Shown here: in pieces, positions 12,389-25,160 of the stretch
Position numbering within the stretch: the stretch's first letter is position 1
Layout of the letters: each line of letters starts with the position of its first letter
NCBI RefSeq assembly: GCF_001194135.2
Contig: NC_068986.1
Location: 92,997,225-93,061,224, forward strand
DNA length: 64,000 nucleotides
Source of the DNA: Octopus bimaculoides
Taxonomy: Eukaryota
Direction of reading: 5' to 3'
The notes under the pieces: generated by a model
Seen by the model: the letters and a program-made list of their open reading frames with translations, nothing else
The model's database searches: none
Told to the model about the DNA's origin: nothing
Program-made: the position numbers and the translations under genes

Positions 12389-12644
12389 AAATGCACAAAC
12401 ACATTTTCTCATTCACAGGTTCTCCCCATATTTCTACCACCACAACCATTCTTATGTTTAATTATTCATACGAAGAAAGAAAAATCTTCACCAAGAAAAG
12501 CCAACAAAATAATTCTGAACTTATCTAGTATAAAGAGGAGCAAATAACATGTTAAGATATAGGAAGTCGGTGATCCCAACAATAAAAATAACTATAAATA
12601 TATACTGCTTTATTATGTATTTATTCTATAGTGCCCGAGACAAG

Positions 12645-12676
<32 letters not shown>

Positions 12677-12804
12677 GCGTGTGTGTGTGTGCGTGTGCGC
12701 GCGTGCGCGCAAGTGCAAGCATGTGATTGTGAGTTCATATCCCACTGAAGCCAATTTTGCCTTTCATCTTTTGGAGTTGATAAAAAAGTATCAACTAATA
12801 CTGA

Positions 12805-13050
12805 GAGATATGGTGGCATGTGGTTTAGCGGTTAGTGCTGGACTCATGATCGTAAGACTGTGGTTTCAATTCCTGGACTGGGTGATGCATTGTGTTCTTG
12901 AGCTAAACACTTCATTTCATGTTGTTCCAGTCCACTCAACTGGTAAAAAAATGAGTAATCCTGTGATGGGCCAACATCCCATCAAGACAGGGAATATATG
13001 TGCCACAGAATCCAGGAAACCTGCCCTATGAGTTCTGTATGACTCAGGAA
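12805..13050 (+). mobile_element. tRNA-derived V/CORE-like SINE
   Basis: tggtttagcggttag..ggtttcaattcctggac..tgtgttcttgagctaaacacttcatttcatgttgttccagtccactcaactgg..cctgtgatggg; same family as 1970-2200. Confidence 0.7.
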
Positions 13051-13929
13051 GGAGCTGATCCTTAGAGGTGGATTGGGCAGAATCTCAGATTGAATACCTT
13101 GCAGTATTTGCTCCTCTTGTTTGCGTTCTGAGTTCAAATCTTGTCGTTGTCTACATGGGTTGTAGTTTTAACATTACCACCTAGCACTTTGGGTGTTAAG
13201 GGTTTCTGTGTTTGTGGAGTGCTGACCCACTTGCATGTTAATTTCACAATCAGGCTGTTTGGCTGGTGATATCAACTAGAAGACTTGTCTTTATAACTGA
13301 TGGAGAGCCAGGCCATGTTAAGGCTATGAGTACCTGTGGAATACTCAGCTATTTATAATACAATGCGATGAGTTAGTAACTCTGTCTGTGTTCATTCATT
13401 CATTTGTTTGTTTTACATACATTTATCTGTGCTAGCATGGGTTAGACAATACTAATACTGAGACCTTATTTGATAGCTAGATGCTCTTTCTGTTGCTAAC
13501 CCTTAGTGGCAGTAGTTGTGAGTTTGATTTGTGATGTTAGTGGTTGTGGTGATTGTAATCGTAGTGACAGCAGTTGCAGTGGAAATGGTTGTGATGGTTG
13601 TCGTAGTGTTGTAGTGTTGTAATTGTAATTGTAATATCTGTGGTTGTAAGGGTATTGGCAGCAGTGGTGAGTGATGATAGTGGTTGTCATGGTAATTGCA
13701 GTAGTTGTGGTTCTGTTGGTCCTGACAGTGATTCAGATTTCTACAGTCAGAGTTGACATATATTCTCTCTGCTCAGTGTCACTACTCTGTTATTGGACTC
13801 ATCCAATGAAGGAAAGTGAAGTCTTTCCTCTCACTTTCACATGCTGACAAGGTTGAACAAGTACACACCCCACCATGCATTTGTCTATATTTTCTGTTTA
13901 TATTTTTTGTTTAATGTATTCATCATATT

Positions 13930-14320
13930 TCTAGTGGCTGTGTGGTAAGAAGTTTGCTTCACAGCCACATGGTTCTGGGCTCAGTCCCATTGCATGGTAT
14001 CTTCTACTATAGCCTTGGCCTAACCAAAGCCATGAGAGTAGTTTTGGTAGACGGCAACTGAAACAAACTTCTCATAGATATCTATATATATCGTGTGTGT
14101 TTCTTTATGTCTGTGTTTGTTCCCCCACCCCCACACACTGCTTGACAACCAGTGTTGGTTTGTTTATGTCTTTGTAACTTAGAAATTTTGTAAGAAATTA
14201 ATAGAACAAGTACCAGGCTTAAAAAGAGAAAAACAGTACTGGTTTGACTAAAATCCTTCAAGGCAGTGCTCCAGCTTGGCCGTAATCTAATGACTGAAAC
14301 AAGTAAAAGATAAAAGACAA
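13930..14320 (+). mobile_element. Family A SINE
   Basis: ggctgtgtggtaagaagtttgc..aagtaccaggctt..atgactgaaacaagtaaaagataaaag. Confidence 0.75.
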
Positions 14321-14734
14321 AAATAATCAAGAATTTTGAAGATTTTAGTAAAATAATCAACTTTGGTGCTTGGACCATAACGTAACAAAATGTTTTTTGA
14401 CATGAGGTTTTAATTTTTATGCTAACATTTTAAAACTGAAGGTTTTTATGTTGGAACCAGAAGCATTCTTAGATTGGATGGTATATCAGTGGAATTAATA
14501 AAAATTAATTTATAATTTCTGCTGAAATAATTGACCACCTTCTAATGATTTCTGGTATTTTGGCAGATGACCACATATTTCTAAGAATAGAACTGGATTG
14601 ATCCCCAATCAATGATTCCTTCTAATTTCCCCAATCACTGAGTGAAACTTTTGATGCTTTGAATCAAAGCTACTGCATAACAGTTAAACTTCCAAGCAGT
14701 TTAACAAGCATGCATTTGTAAACGTAAATGAGCA

Positions 14735-15060
14735 GTGATGTCTACAGGTGCAGGTTCAATACCACAATGTGGCACCTTGGACAAGTATCATTTGCTGTAG
14801 CATTGGGCTTGATTTGGTAGGGAGACTGAATGAAGCTTATTGTATGTATGTATTATGTAAGGGTGTTTGTGTCTGTCCTGCATCACTGATTGATAACTGG
14901 TATTGGTTTGTTTACATCCCTGTAACTTAATGGTTCAGCCAAAGAGATTCATAGAATAAGTACCAGATTTAAAAAAAAACGTCCAGAGGTTGATTTGTCT
15001 GACTAAACTCTCCAACACTGTGCCCCAGCGTGACCACAGTCCAATGACTGAAACAAGCAT
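14735..15060 (+). mobile_element. Family A SINE, degenerate
   Basis: caggttcaatacc..ggcaccttggacaagt..aatgactgaaacaagc. Confidence 0.65.
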
Positions 15061-15739
15061 ATGAGTGGATGATGGAATCAGTAGAGCACTCGACAAAACG
15101 TCTTGTAGTATTTAGTTATGTGTCTTTTGTGTTCTCACCTGAAATCCCTTCATGTTCTCTCCTTTGTCTTACCTTTCTCTTTCTGAAGTCAATAAACTCT
15201 TTACCAGTCATTTACTGGGCTTCACTCTTCCCTCTTCCAAATGTATGGCTTTGTATGTTTGCTAGAAAGTATTATTAATGGTTTTAGCTCAGTGTTTCTC
15301 AACCTAGGTCCATATAGCAAAATGCTTAGCGGCATTTATTTTGTCTGTCTTTGCCTTTCATCTTTTTTAGGAGGGGGTCAATAAAATAAGTACCAGTTAA
15401 GCACTGGGGGGTCAATGTAATTGACTTACTCATCCTCCCCACCAACTTGCTGGCCTTGTGCCAAAATTTGAGATCAAACTTTATGTACAATAAATTGCTT
15501 ATACAAATATAACAGGACTTTTCAAACGTCGAATACCTGTAAGGGTCCATCCGAGTAAATTAGTATCAGAGGGGCCCACAGGTTAAAAAAAAAATGGTTG
15601 AGAACCATTGGTTTAGCTGAATCTCTCCTGTAAATGTTTGGGCTTTTCCATTTTTATTGCAGTTGTTTAATATAGTTTTGTGTCTAGTAGTGAGTAGTAT
15701 TTGGTTTAATATACTATTTTTAAACCATTGGAATAAGCA

Positions 15740-16925
15740 GTGGTAGTTTCCCCTTCATCCCTCACCCTCCTCCCCTGTCTAATGCTCTTCCCCTACCCCA
15801 TGTCCCATCACTGTTACCATTATCACCATCACCACTCAACCTATGTGTTCACCCTTTCCATTACCTTCACCACCACAACCACCACCATCACCCCACCTCC
15901 ACCTTCACCTCACATTCATCCCCCCTTCACCATTGCCCCACCCCGCCATCTCCACCCCTCCACCGTCACCCCCATCTCTATCCCTGCNNNNNNNNNNNNN
16001 NNNNNNNNNNNNNNNNNNNNNNNNNNNNNNNNNNNNNNNNNNNNNNNNNNNNNNNNNNNNNNNNNNNNNNNNNNNNNNNNNNNNNNNNNNNNNNNNNNNN
16101 NNNNNNNNNNNNNNNNNNNNNNNNNNNNNNNNNNNNNNNNNNNNNNNNNNNNNNNNNNNNNNNNNNNNNNNNNNNNNNNNNNNNNNNNNNNNNNNNNNNN
16201 NNNNNNNNNNNNNNNNNNNNNNNNNNNNNNNNNNNNNNNNNNNNNNNNNNNNNNNNNNNNNNNNNNNNNNNNNNNNNNNNNNNNNNNNNNNNNNNNNNNN
16301 NNNNNNNNNNNNNNNNNNNNNNNNNNNNNNNNNNNNNNNNNNNNNNNNNNNNNNNNNNNNNNNNNNNNNNNNNNNNNNNNNNNNNNNNNNNNNNNNNNNN
16401 NNNNNNNNNNNNNNNNNNNNNNNNNNNNNNNNNNNNNNNNNNNNNNNNNNNNNNNNNNNNNNNNNNNNNNNNNNNNNNNNNNNNNNNNNNNNNNNNNNNN
16501 NNNNNNNNNNNNNNNNNNNNNNNNNNNNNNNNNNNNNNNNNNNNNNNNNNNNNNNNNNNNNNNNNNNNNNNNNNNNNNNNNNNNNNNNNNNNNNNNNNNN
16601 NNNNNNNNNNNNNNNNNNNNNNNNNNNNNNNNNNNNNNNNNNNNNNNNNNCTACCACCTCAACTACCATCATCACTGCTGCAACTACTATCGCTACTACA
16701 ACTACCACTGCCATCTTCACAACTGTTATTGCCGTCGCCACCACCACCACCGCCGCCACCACCACCACCACCACCACCACTGCCACTATTACCAAAACCA
16801 CTTCCACTGCCACCACCATCACCACTGCCACTATTACCAAAACCACTTCCACCACCACCACCACCTTGACTACTACTACTATTGCCATCACCACTACCAC
16901 TACTGCCACCATCACCATCATGCAA
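15740..16925. repeat. (CAC/CCA)n low-complexity tract spanning an N-gap
   Basis: Direct reading; further (CAC)-rich tract at 17500-17870. Confidence 0.85.
15988..16650. other. Assembly gap. Other gaps: 25180-26093, 27249-27437, 39786-40558, 49840-50660, 53648-53783, 60093-60438, 61330-61973
   Basis: Runs of n, mostly bordered by (TA)n, (CA)n, (CT)n or (CAT)n. Confidence 0.99.
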
Positions 16926-18649
16926 CCTGGTTTGCTGTAGCATCACTGCGACAAGTATGTTTGAATACATCAATTTAAGATGTATGAAGATGCTGAAGTA
17001 AAAGAAGAATACATGAATATATATATACATATATACACATATATATGTATATATATGTATGTATATATATCAAGCGAGCATAATGAAATATAAAATAACT
17101 ATGGCCATCTCTACCATTATTACTTTTGCTGCTGTTATTATTATTATCATTATCATTATCATTGTTCTCGTCATTATTGTAAACAGTTGCCTACACCGTC
17201 ATCGTCGCAACTGCCGCCATTATCATCTCCATAGCAACAAACACCAGCTACAATCATCATTGTTATCACCAAACACATCGCCATTATATGTATGTATGTA
17301 TATACTGTCTGATGCCGTTACGCAGTGGCTTTGACTCGCTAGAAACAGCAGCCTAAATTCCCTTTCTAATAGATCCTAATGTTTTAACGAAAAAAGACAG
17401 GGTGGTCATGAATGGTTTCAATGATTTCGATCAGATGTGTATTTAGACAGTGGACCCCCACACCCCCATCTCCTCCTTCTGGGATGAATGACAACAACGA
17501 CATTAATCACACATTATCATCACCATCATCATTCTCATCATAGTTAACAGTTACCGCCACCGTCCCCATCATTTACAATACTATCCTCAACACTGCTATT
17601 GGTAACACCCTTAATTACCACCACTACCACCACCACCACCACCACCACCACCACTACTTCATCATTAATAAGGCATCAGCACCAACGTCTCCACCACCCC
17701 TGTTATCACTAGCAATACATCACCACCATTTCTATAAACAACGCACCGCTACCATCATACCATCACTACTACCGTTAACACGCCACCAGCACCATCACCA
17801 CCTCTGCTGACAATCACTACTGCAACTGTAACCACCACTATGGTCACCACCATTAACGATCCCCATCAGCCACTCTGCAGTTGCTTGACTAACTTGAAAT
17901 AGTAGCCAAATTTCCCTCCAATAATGCCACCTCCTTTTTTGAAAAAGGATTATAATGGATTACGTAATAATGTAGTTCTAGATGCACAGTGTGGTCAGAT
18001 GAGATGGTCATGGGTTGAATGACTTCTGATTATGGGGGTCTACTTGATTAGAGCTGACCTGAGGCTAAACTATGAAACACCACCACCACCATGCTGTTAC
18101 TCAACTTCTCATTGTGAAAAGAACAAATTTGTACCCAGGTGACTTGTGATGATGATGATGATTATAATTTCTAACAAGCACAAGAACCAGAAATTTGTTG
18201 GGCGGGAACACTTAATTATACTGGTACCACTACTTGAAGAGTACCTTATTTTATCAACCCTGAAAGGGCCAAAAGTACAGTTGATAATGGTAGGATTTGA
18301 ACTCAGAACACAAAGAGGATGAAACTGAGGAATTTTGTTCACTGCTTTGTCAGCTCTGCCAATCCACTGCTGTAATAACTTTTAATGATTATGACTTTTG
18401 ATGTTGGCGACCATCGTAGTCCTTAAACGGAAGCTTCATGGTCTCTCCCATGATCAGCTGGCACCAGATGATTGACGGTGACCTTCAGCTGGTAAACCTA
18501 TGACGGAATGATACATGGAAGGTGTCCCTTGACTGATCCTGTTGGAGTACCTGTGTTGCTTGACGTGGAACCTCATAAGTCTAAGTAAGTAGTACATAAC
18601 TGGCACCTCATTGTATCAATTCTGAAAGGTGAAAGACAAAATCAATAAC

Positions 18650-18900
18650 ATAGGCAATCATCATCATAACCATTTAACGTTGCTTTCCATACTGGCATGG
18701 GTTGGGCAGTTTGACAGCAGCTGGCCATTTGGGGAGCTGCCTAGGTTTCATTTGTCTATCCTGGTATGGTTTCTGTGGCTAGATACTCTTTCTAATGCCA
18801 AGAGTGTACTGGGTGTTTTTTACATAACACTGGCATAGATGCTTCTACGTGGCATCGGCATAGTCGTTTTTACATAGCACTGGCACAGTGAATTTATGTG
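18650..18900 (-). repeat. Family B, degenerate
   Basis: catcatc..tttaacgttgctttccatactggcatgggttgg..ctaatgccaag. Confidence 0.65.
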
Positions 18901-18939
18901 ACACCAGTGACGAGATAATAACGACAATACATCTTTCCA

Positions 18940-19150
18940 ATCTTGGCACAAGGCCAGCAGTTTTGAGTGGTGGGGACTAGTCAATTACATTGACCTTAGT
19001 ACTTGACTTGTACTTTATTTTATTGACCTTGAATGGATGAAAGGCAAAGCTGACCCAAGCAGGATTTGAACTCGGAGTGTAGAGAGCTAGAAAAAATGTT
19101 GCTAAGCATTTGTCCAGTATCTTAACAATTCTGCTAGTTTGCACCTTCAT
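18940..19150 (-). mobile_element. Family C SINE
   Basis: ggcacaaggccagcag..ggatgaaaggcaaagctgac..gatttgaactc..ttctgctag. Confidence 0.7.
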
Positions 19151-19225
19151 AATAATGGTAATAATAATAATTAGATACAAGACAGCAATTTTGCAATGAA
19201 GTGGGTTAGTTAATTCCATTATGTA

Positions 19226-20440
19226 TTGGGCCATTCCGTAAACAATGTAGTATTTTCGATTGCATGAACTCAGTCAGAGGTGGACGGGATAAACTACATA
19301 CATCAACTATTCCTGGTGCAAGTTTTGAAGAGTGTGGTTTGATTTTAACAGTTATTTTTGCAAAGCTATAATGGAAGTGACAAAGGAGCATATTTGGCAT
19401 ATTTTGCCGTATAAGTTCAATAAAGGCAACGACGTAATGGAAAATGCATATATGGGGATCAGACAATAAGCGTAAGCCTGTGTCAACGGTGGTTCCAGAA
19501 ATTCTGAGCTAGAAACCACAGCCTGGAAGATGATCCTCATTCGGGAAGATCTGTATAGTTCAACGAGGACATCCTGTAAACTCTGGTGGAACAAAATCCC
19601 ATTGTAACTGTTGAGGATCTAGCAGAGAAGCTTGGATTTGCTCATTCAACCATTGGAAAAGTCAGCAAATTCAGTCACTGGGTTCCTCACAAACTCTCCG
19701 AGTCTAATTGCATTCAGAGGGTGAATGTATGCTCTTCTTTGCTGTCACGTCTCACGAATGAACCTTATTTGGACTGAATAGTGACTGGTGATGAGAAATG
19801 GGTTCTCTATAAAAATGTCAAGTGCTGAAGACAGTGGGTAGGGAAAAGAGGAACACCGGCACCCCAGGCTAAAGAAGGTCTTCATCCACATAAGATGTTG
19901 TTAACTGTTTGGTGGGATATGAAAGGTTTAGTCTACTTTGAACTTTTAAACTCAAGCCAAACGATAACAAAAGAGATGTACTGTGAGCAGCTTGAGTGGT
20001 TTAAGTCAGCGCTAGAAGAAAAATGACCATCTACGGTTTCAAGATGAAAGGTGTTCTTCCATCAGGATAATGCTTGGCCACATACAGCGAGGGTGACATT
20101 CCAAAGGCTGGAGCACTTTGAATGGGAAACGATGCCCCACCCACCATATTCGCTGGACATTGCCCCATCTGATTATCATTTATTCCGCAGTCTTCAAGAT
20201 CATTTGGACAGAAAAAATATAAATTCTGTAGATGAGGTCAGAACAATACTGGAGGAGTATTTTTCGTCATGGACAAGTGAATTTTGGAAGAGAGGCCTTG
20301 CAAGTTGACCAGATAGATGGAAGAGCATTGTAGAAAATGAAGGAGAGTATATTTTAGAGTAAAAAAGAACTTTGTTTATCTTAATTTTGAAAAATAAATG
20401 ACGTATAAAAAAACCCCCACATTATTATGAGATGAACCAA
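19226..20440 (+). mobile_element. Full-length inactive mariner (DD34D) transposon with TA target duplications
   Basis: TA at 19224-25 and 20441-42; degenerate TIRs ttgggccattccgtaaacaatg versus (reverse of right end) ttggttcatctcataataatg; internal transposase pseudogene. Confidence 0.9.
19371..20362 (+). pseudogene. Mariner transposase pseudogene with stops and frameshifts
   Basis: MEVTKEH..CQRWFQKF..SLEDDPHSGR..WVPHKL..IVTGDEKW..KMLLTVWWD..HQDNA-34aa-SDYHLF..RWKSIVENEGEYILE*. Confidence 0.92.
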
Positions 20441-20579
20441 TACTTAATTTATTGACCTTGAAAAGATGAAAGGTTAAGCTGACCTCAGAGGCATTTGAAC
20501 TCAGAATGTAAAGAGCTCGAACAAATATCACAAGGCATGTTTTTCTCTGATGCTCTGACAATATTATCAATTCAAATAA

Positions 20580-21010
20580 AAATAATAATAATTATTTCAA
20601 AATTTTGCCACAAGTGCAGCTTGAGGGAGGTGGGGATGAGTCGATTACATCAACCTCAGTGTTTAATTGGTACATATTTTATCGACTCCGAACGGATGAA
20701 AGGCAAAGTCAACCTTGGCAGAATTTGAACTCAGAATGTAAAAATGAATGAAATGCTGCTAAGGTTTTTGCCCAGCATGCTAATGATTCTGCCAGTTCAC
20801 CTTTCTACTATAAGCACAAGGCCTGAAATTTCTGGGGGAAAGGTAAAGTCCATTACATTGAACCCAGTGCATAACTGGTACTTATTTCATTAATCATGAA
20901 AAGATGAAGGGTAAAGTTGACCTTGGCAGAATTTGGACTCAGAACATAAGGACTGACAAAATGCCGCTAAGCATGCTAATGATTCTGCCAGCTCGCTACC
21001 TTGGTGATAA
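20580..21010 (-). mobile_element. Two head-to-tail family C SINEs
   Basis: Two copies of atcgac..gaaaggcaaagtcaaccttggcagaatttgaactcagaa..ttctgccag. Confidence 0.75.
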
Positions 21011-21420
21011 TAATAATAATAATAATAATAATCTTTATTTGTCAGAAGTGCACTGAAAGAGGAAGTACATGCACCAACTAACTAGTTGATTCTCATTGAC
21101 CTCTACAGCTTCCCCCAAAAGGTCACCACTAGTCCTTTATACAACTTAGAAGTCTCACTTATAGCATAGTTCAATTGATAGAGGGCTGTGGGCACCTGAT
21201 GATATTTCAGATGCTCGGTTTAGTCTTCATTTGATGCACCAAAGAGATGAATTTTGTAAATAGAGGTCTGACAAGGGCCACCACACCTACACACCATGTA
21301 GGAATTGTTGTAGATGCCACAACCTCAGTGCATGTTTGTGTATCAGCAACATACCAAGTCCTCTGTTCAGAGGGTGTTGACAGTGAACAGAAAGTAGTTT
21401 CTCCACAAGAAGCTAAAGAG
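21010..21420 (-). mobile_element. Possible decayed non-LTR retroelement 3' end
   Basis: Minus strand ends aataaag-(att)n; upstream sequence is non-microsatellite; no convincing protein motif. Confidence 0.25.
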
Positions 21421-23099
21421 TGACCACTCCAGTTTGGTTAGCAGTAAACTTGAAGAAGGCATAGATGTGGCTGTGTCAATACTTTGTTTTCTTCATAACA
21501 ATGTGGTTTTGAGTTCTTCCTCATTGTGTGGAAACATAGCTAAATGTCCTCTACTATAGCCTCTGGCTGAGCAAAGTTTTGTAAATGGAATTGGTAGGCA
21601 CAAACTTTATGGAAGACCATTGTGTGTGTGTCTGTGTGTCCTTGCATGCATGCTTGCCTGAATGTTTACATTCTGCATCTTTGCATGAAACCATTTGTGC
21701 TGTATTCTTATGTTGACACTGCCTGTTAAATCATCTTGTAGCTCTGTGCTTTCAAGGATGTGTGGAATAAGGGATCTCTTATTTGAAAAAAAACTGGTAT
21801 TAATAACAGGGAGGGCCTCTGGCTGTGAATAAGGACTTGTCCAACCCATGCCAGCATAAGTTGGACAAGTCCTTCGAAAACTGGAAGTTAAAGCGATGGT
21901 GTTGGTGGTGATGAAGATGATGATAGTATATATTGATGAGGATGGGCAACAGCCATGATCATTTTCAGGGTCACAAAGATTGAGAGGAGGAATAGACAGG
22001 AGACCTGGTCTGGATACTTGCAGCAAAATGGACTCTGCTATATGCACCCAGGGACCAGATGGTAGTGTGTTTGACTAGGGTTGTGGGCTGGTGATAGTAT
22101 GCCTCTCCATGTTTACTACTGGAAAGTTTGGTTTATCATTACTTCTTGTATTCTTTCTCACTTTCTGTCTGTTTATTCTCCTATTTTCTCTCTCTTCAGT
22201 CTCTGTATTTTAGTTTAGTTTTTATTCATTTCTGCCTTGGCCAATTTCCCTTCATAATTTTCCTTCTCTATTTCTGTCTTGCACCTTGCTTGAGTATAGT
22301 TTCTCACTCTCCCCCTGTGTCTATCTCTCCACCTCCTTCTCACCCCTCACCCCCTCTCTCCTTTCCATGAAATTAATCTCTCTGTTTTTCACTCCCTTGC
22401 CCTCTTTCATTTCTGTTCTCATCTGACTAAATTCACAAAACCACCATCATCACCACCACTGCTGCTGCTAACTAGTAATTGAGGTACTTTTTGCAAGTGT
22501 TACTACTTTTTTATGTTGTGCACATGTATCTGCATACGTGTACACACACTGCACTCACACACCTTCACACATTTTCAGACATGTGCACTTTAACATGCAT
22601 ACTCTAATGGACATGCACATAGAAATCTCTGGCTGACTCTTTCTCTCTCTCTCACACATATACATGGAAAGATATGCACTAATAGATATGTCTTACTCTT
22701 GTACACACACACTCACACACACGCACACACACACATACACAGACTCACACACACACACACACACACTCACACACACTCATACACACACTCATACACACAC
22801 ACATATTGTACTGGCATCACTAATTTTATAGCCAATTTTGGAATGGAAGGCAAAGTTCAAAGTTGACTTCAAAACATTTTGGGTGAGTTTGAACTTGGAC
22901 TCTTGAGATGTCAAGTTAGCCACCATATTTGAACATTTGGCATGATACTGCTTGTAACACGGTTGTACCCGACTGGGCCAATATATTATCATTATCATTA
23001 TTATTATTATGTAAATATCAGTAAAGCAAGCGATAACATGCCCTCAAGTATTTATGTCTCTGTCTGTCTCATTCAGATCTAGCCAGGCGCATTAGTCTC

Positions 23100-23460
23100 C
23101 AGTACCTCGGCAAGGTTTCTATGGTTCGATGTTTGGATGTACTCCCTAATGCCAATTGCTTTACAGTGTGCTTTTTACACAGCACCAGCACTAAGCACCC
23201 ATGTGGTGCCACATAAAAGCACTCATGCAGCACCATGTAAAAGCACCTGTGCGGGTCGCATAAAAGCGCCTGTGCGGGTTGCATAAAAGCACCCAGCACA
23301 CTCTGTAAAGTGGTTGGCGTTAGGAAGGGCATCCAGCTGTAAAAACCATGCCAAAGCAGACTGGACTCTGGTGCAGCTCCCTAGCTTGCCAGCTCTGATC
23401 AAACCATTCAACCTATGCCAGCATCGACAATGGACATTAAATGATGGTGGTGATGATGAT
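23100..23460 (+). repeat. Family B with short upstream modules, preceded by an inverted fragment
   Basis: taaaagcacc modules; ggttggcgttaggaagggcatccagctg..ggacattaaatgatg. Confidence 0.7.
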
Positions 23461-24205
23461 GATTATATATAGGTATAGGTTGGATTGATACTTACTTGTG
23501 GTTGTGTTTTTATGGCTAGATTATCTTCCTGTTGCTGACTCTTACTTGTTTTATGAGCGAGAAAGTTTCTATTCAACTACATTGAAAGTGTAGAGCTACA
23601 AGAAGTAATGTTCGTGTGAATGTAAACATGGTTACTCTGTTTACACTCGCAGATGATCTCATGCAGGAAACAGAAACAACAACTTTATCACAGACACAAG
23701 AATAATATGCCTATACACACAAGAAGTGTGTGTTGCCATTAAGTTGTTACACAACCTTCTAAAAATAGCAGCTAACTCACTCTGTTATCATACTTTAGCA
23801 TCTTAGAAAAAGGAAGGACATACTAGGACTGGATAATATTGTCTGGATTAGACTATTTCTAGGCAAAAAAATAAGATTGCCTTAGATGAATCATTCTTGA
23901 CATAAGTCTCCTCATTTTGAGCCTGACTCAGAGCTAAACAAAAATAATTAATCAAGAGTTTGATACGTCATATTGTCTCATGTGTCTAGTTGCATCCATG
24001 GGGCAGAATTCTTAATTCTCAAATAGCCCAGCCTATATTTGCTGAAAAGAAGATAGAAACAATATGACAGACAGTTAATCAGCTTGCAGTTGATTCAGCA
24101 CAACATCATCTGTAGATTTCATGAAACTTTTCTTGTCCTGTAATCAACGGGTTTCCTAGTCAGTCAGTCTTACTATTCCATTCAGAGTCTGGTTCTGATC
24201 AAATA

Positions 24206-24249
<44 letters not shown>

Positions 24250-24262
<13 letters not shown>

Positions 24263-24512
24263 ATGCTTGTGTTTACCTTTATCTTGATATCATGTATTGA
24301 TTGTAAATGATCATCATTGTCATACAAATGATGCTGTTCATTTCCAGTCTTTTGTGAAAAACATATCAGGCTGTGGGTATACATATCACCTTGTCTGGAA
24401 AGAATGTGAAAGTTGGTGACAAGGAGGGTGCCTGGTAATAGAAAATCTGCCTCAATGAATTCTGTCATGCAAGCATAGAAAGGTGGACATTAAAATGATG
24501 ATGATGATGATG
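24250..24512 (+). mobile_element. 3' half of family A variant with RTE-type tail
   Basis: cttgatatcatg..gttggtgacaaggagggtgcc..agaaaatctgcctcaatg..ggacattaaaatgatgatg. Confidence 0.65.
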
Positions 24513-24915
24513 TCAGCAGCTGGTTTGTGTGTGTGTGTGGGGGGGGGGGCACCAGCACTTCCATGGTTGATCAGCTAAAGAATTTGTTTCACACTCATGA
24601 GATCCCTGGCTCAGTTTCACTACAGGCATCTAGGGTCTTTTGGCTAAACTTTGGGTTGGCTGAAGCCTTGATCATGAAAGCCAGTTGATGGAAACTGTGC
24701 AGGAACCTGTTGAATGGATTCTACTTGTTATTCACTGTTCAACTTTGTTAAACATTGTCACATTGATTCTGCTCAAAGATCATATTAGGGGTATGAGTAT
24801 TTGTTGAATATTTAGCCACACCATGATGTAATGAGTAGGGAGTTCCATGCATCAAAGAACCAGAATACCAGAATACACATCATCACAACCAACAGAGAGA
24901 AAGAGTGTGTGTGTA

Positions 24916-24946
<31 letters not shown>

Positions 24947-24949
24947 ATA

Positions 24950-25160
24950 TGGGAGAATATACAAATAATAACAACAGACGAGGACAGGTGGCGTAAATAA
25001 CAAAAGGATATATTAGTATGACGCTCGGGAATACGGAAAGTCTTTGACGTTTCGAGCTACACTCTTCAACAGAAAGAATACGGAGACAAGGAGAAAAACA
25101 CGGAGAAAAAAAATTGGAGAAAAAAAAAAAATTGAATAGTGTTCAGTCAACGGTCAATCA
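24950..25160 (-). mobile_element. Penelope-like element terminus (pLTR-like fragment)
   Basis: Contains the hammerhead-like motif ..gaagag..ctcgaaacgtc.. typical of PLE ends; CpG-rich relative to flanks; no coding part visible. Confidence 0.5.
25041..25077 (-). ncRNA. Minimal type I hammerhead ribozyme-like motif (A6U core variant)
   Basis: ucuuu-CUGUUGA-a-gag(uguag)cuc-GAAA-cg-UC-aaaga: 5-bp stem I, 3-bp stem II, palindromic ACGU stem III, GUC triplet. Confidence 0.6.

Noticed and set aside
15740-16978. Mucin-like Thr-rich or His-rich ORFs
   Set aside because: (CAC/ACC)n low complexity is open in several frames, mostly gap, with no splice or homology support
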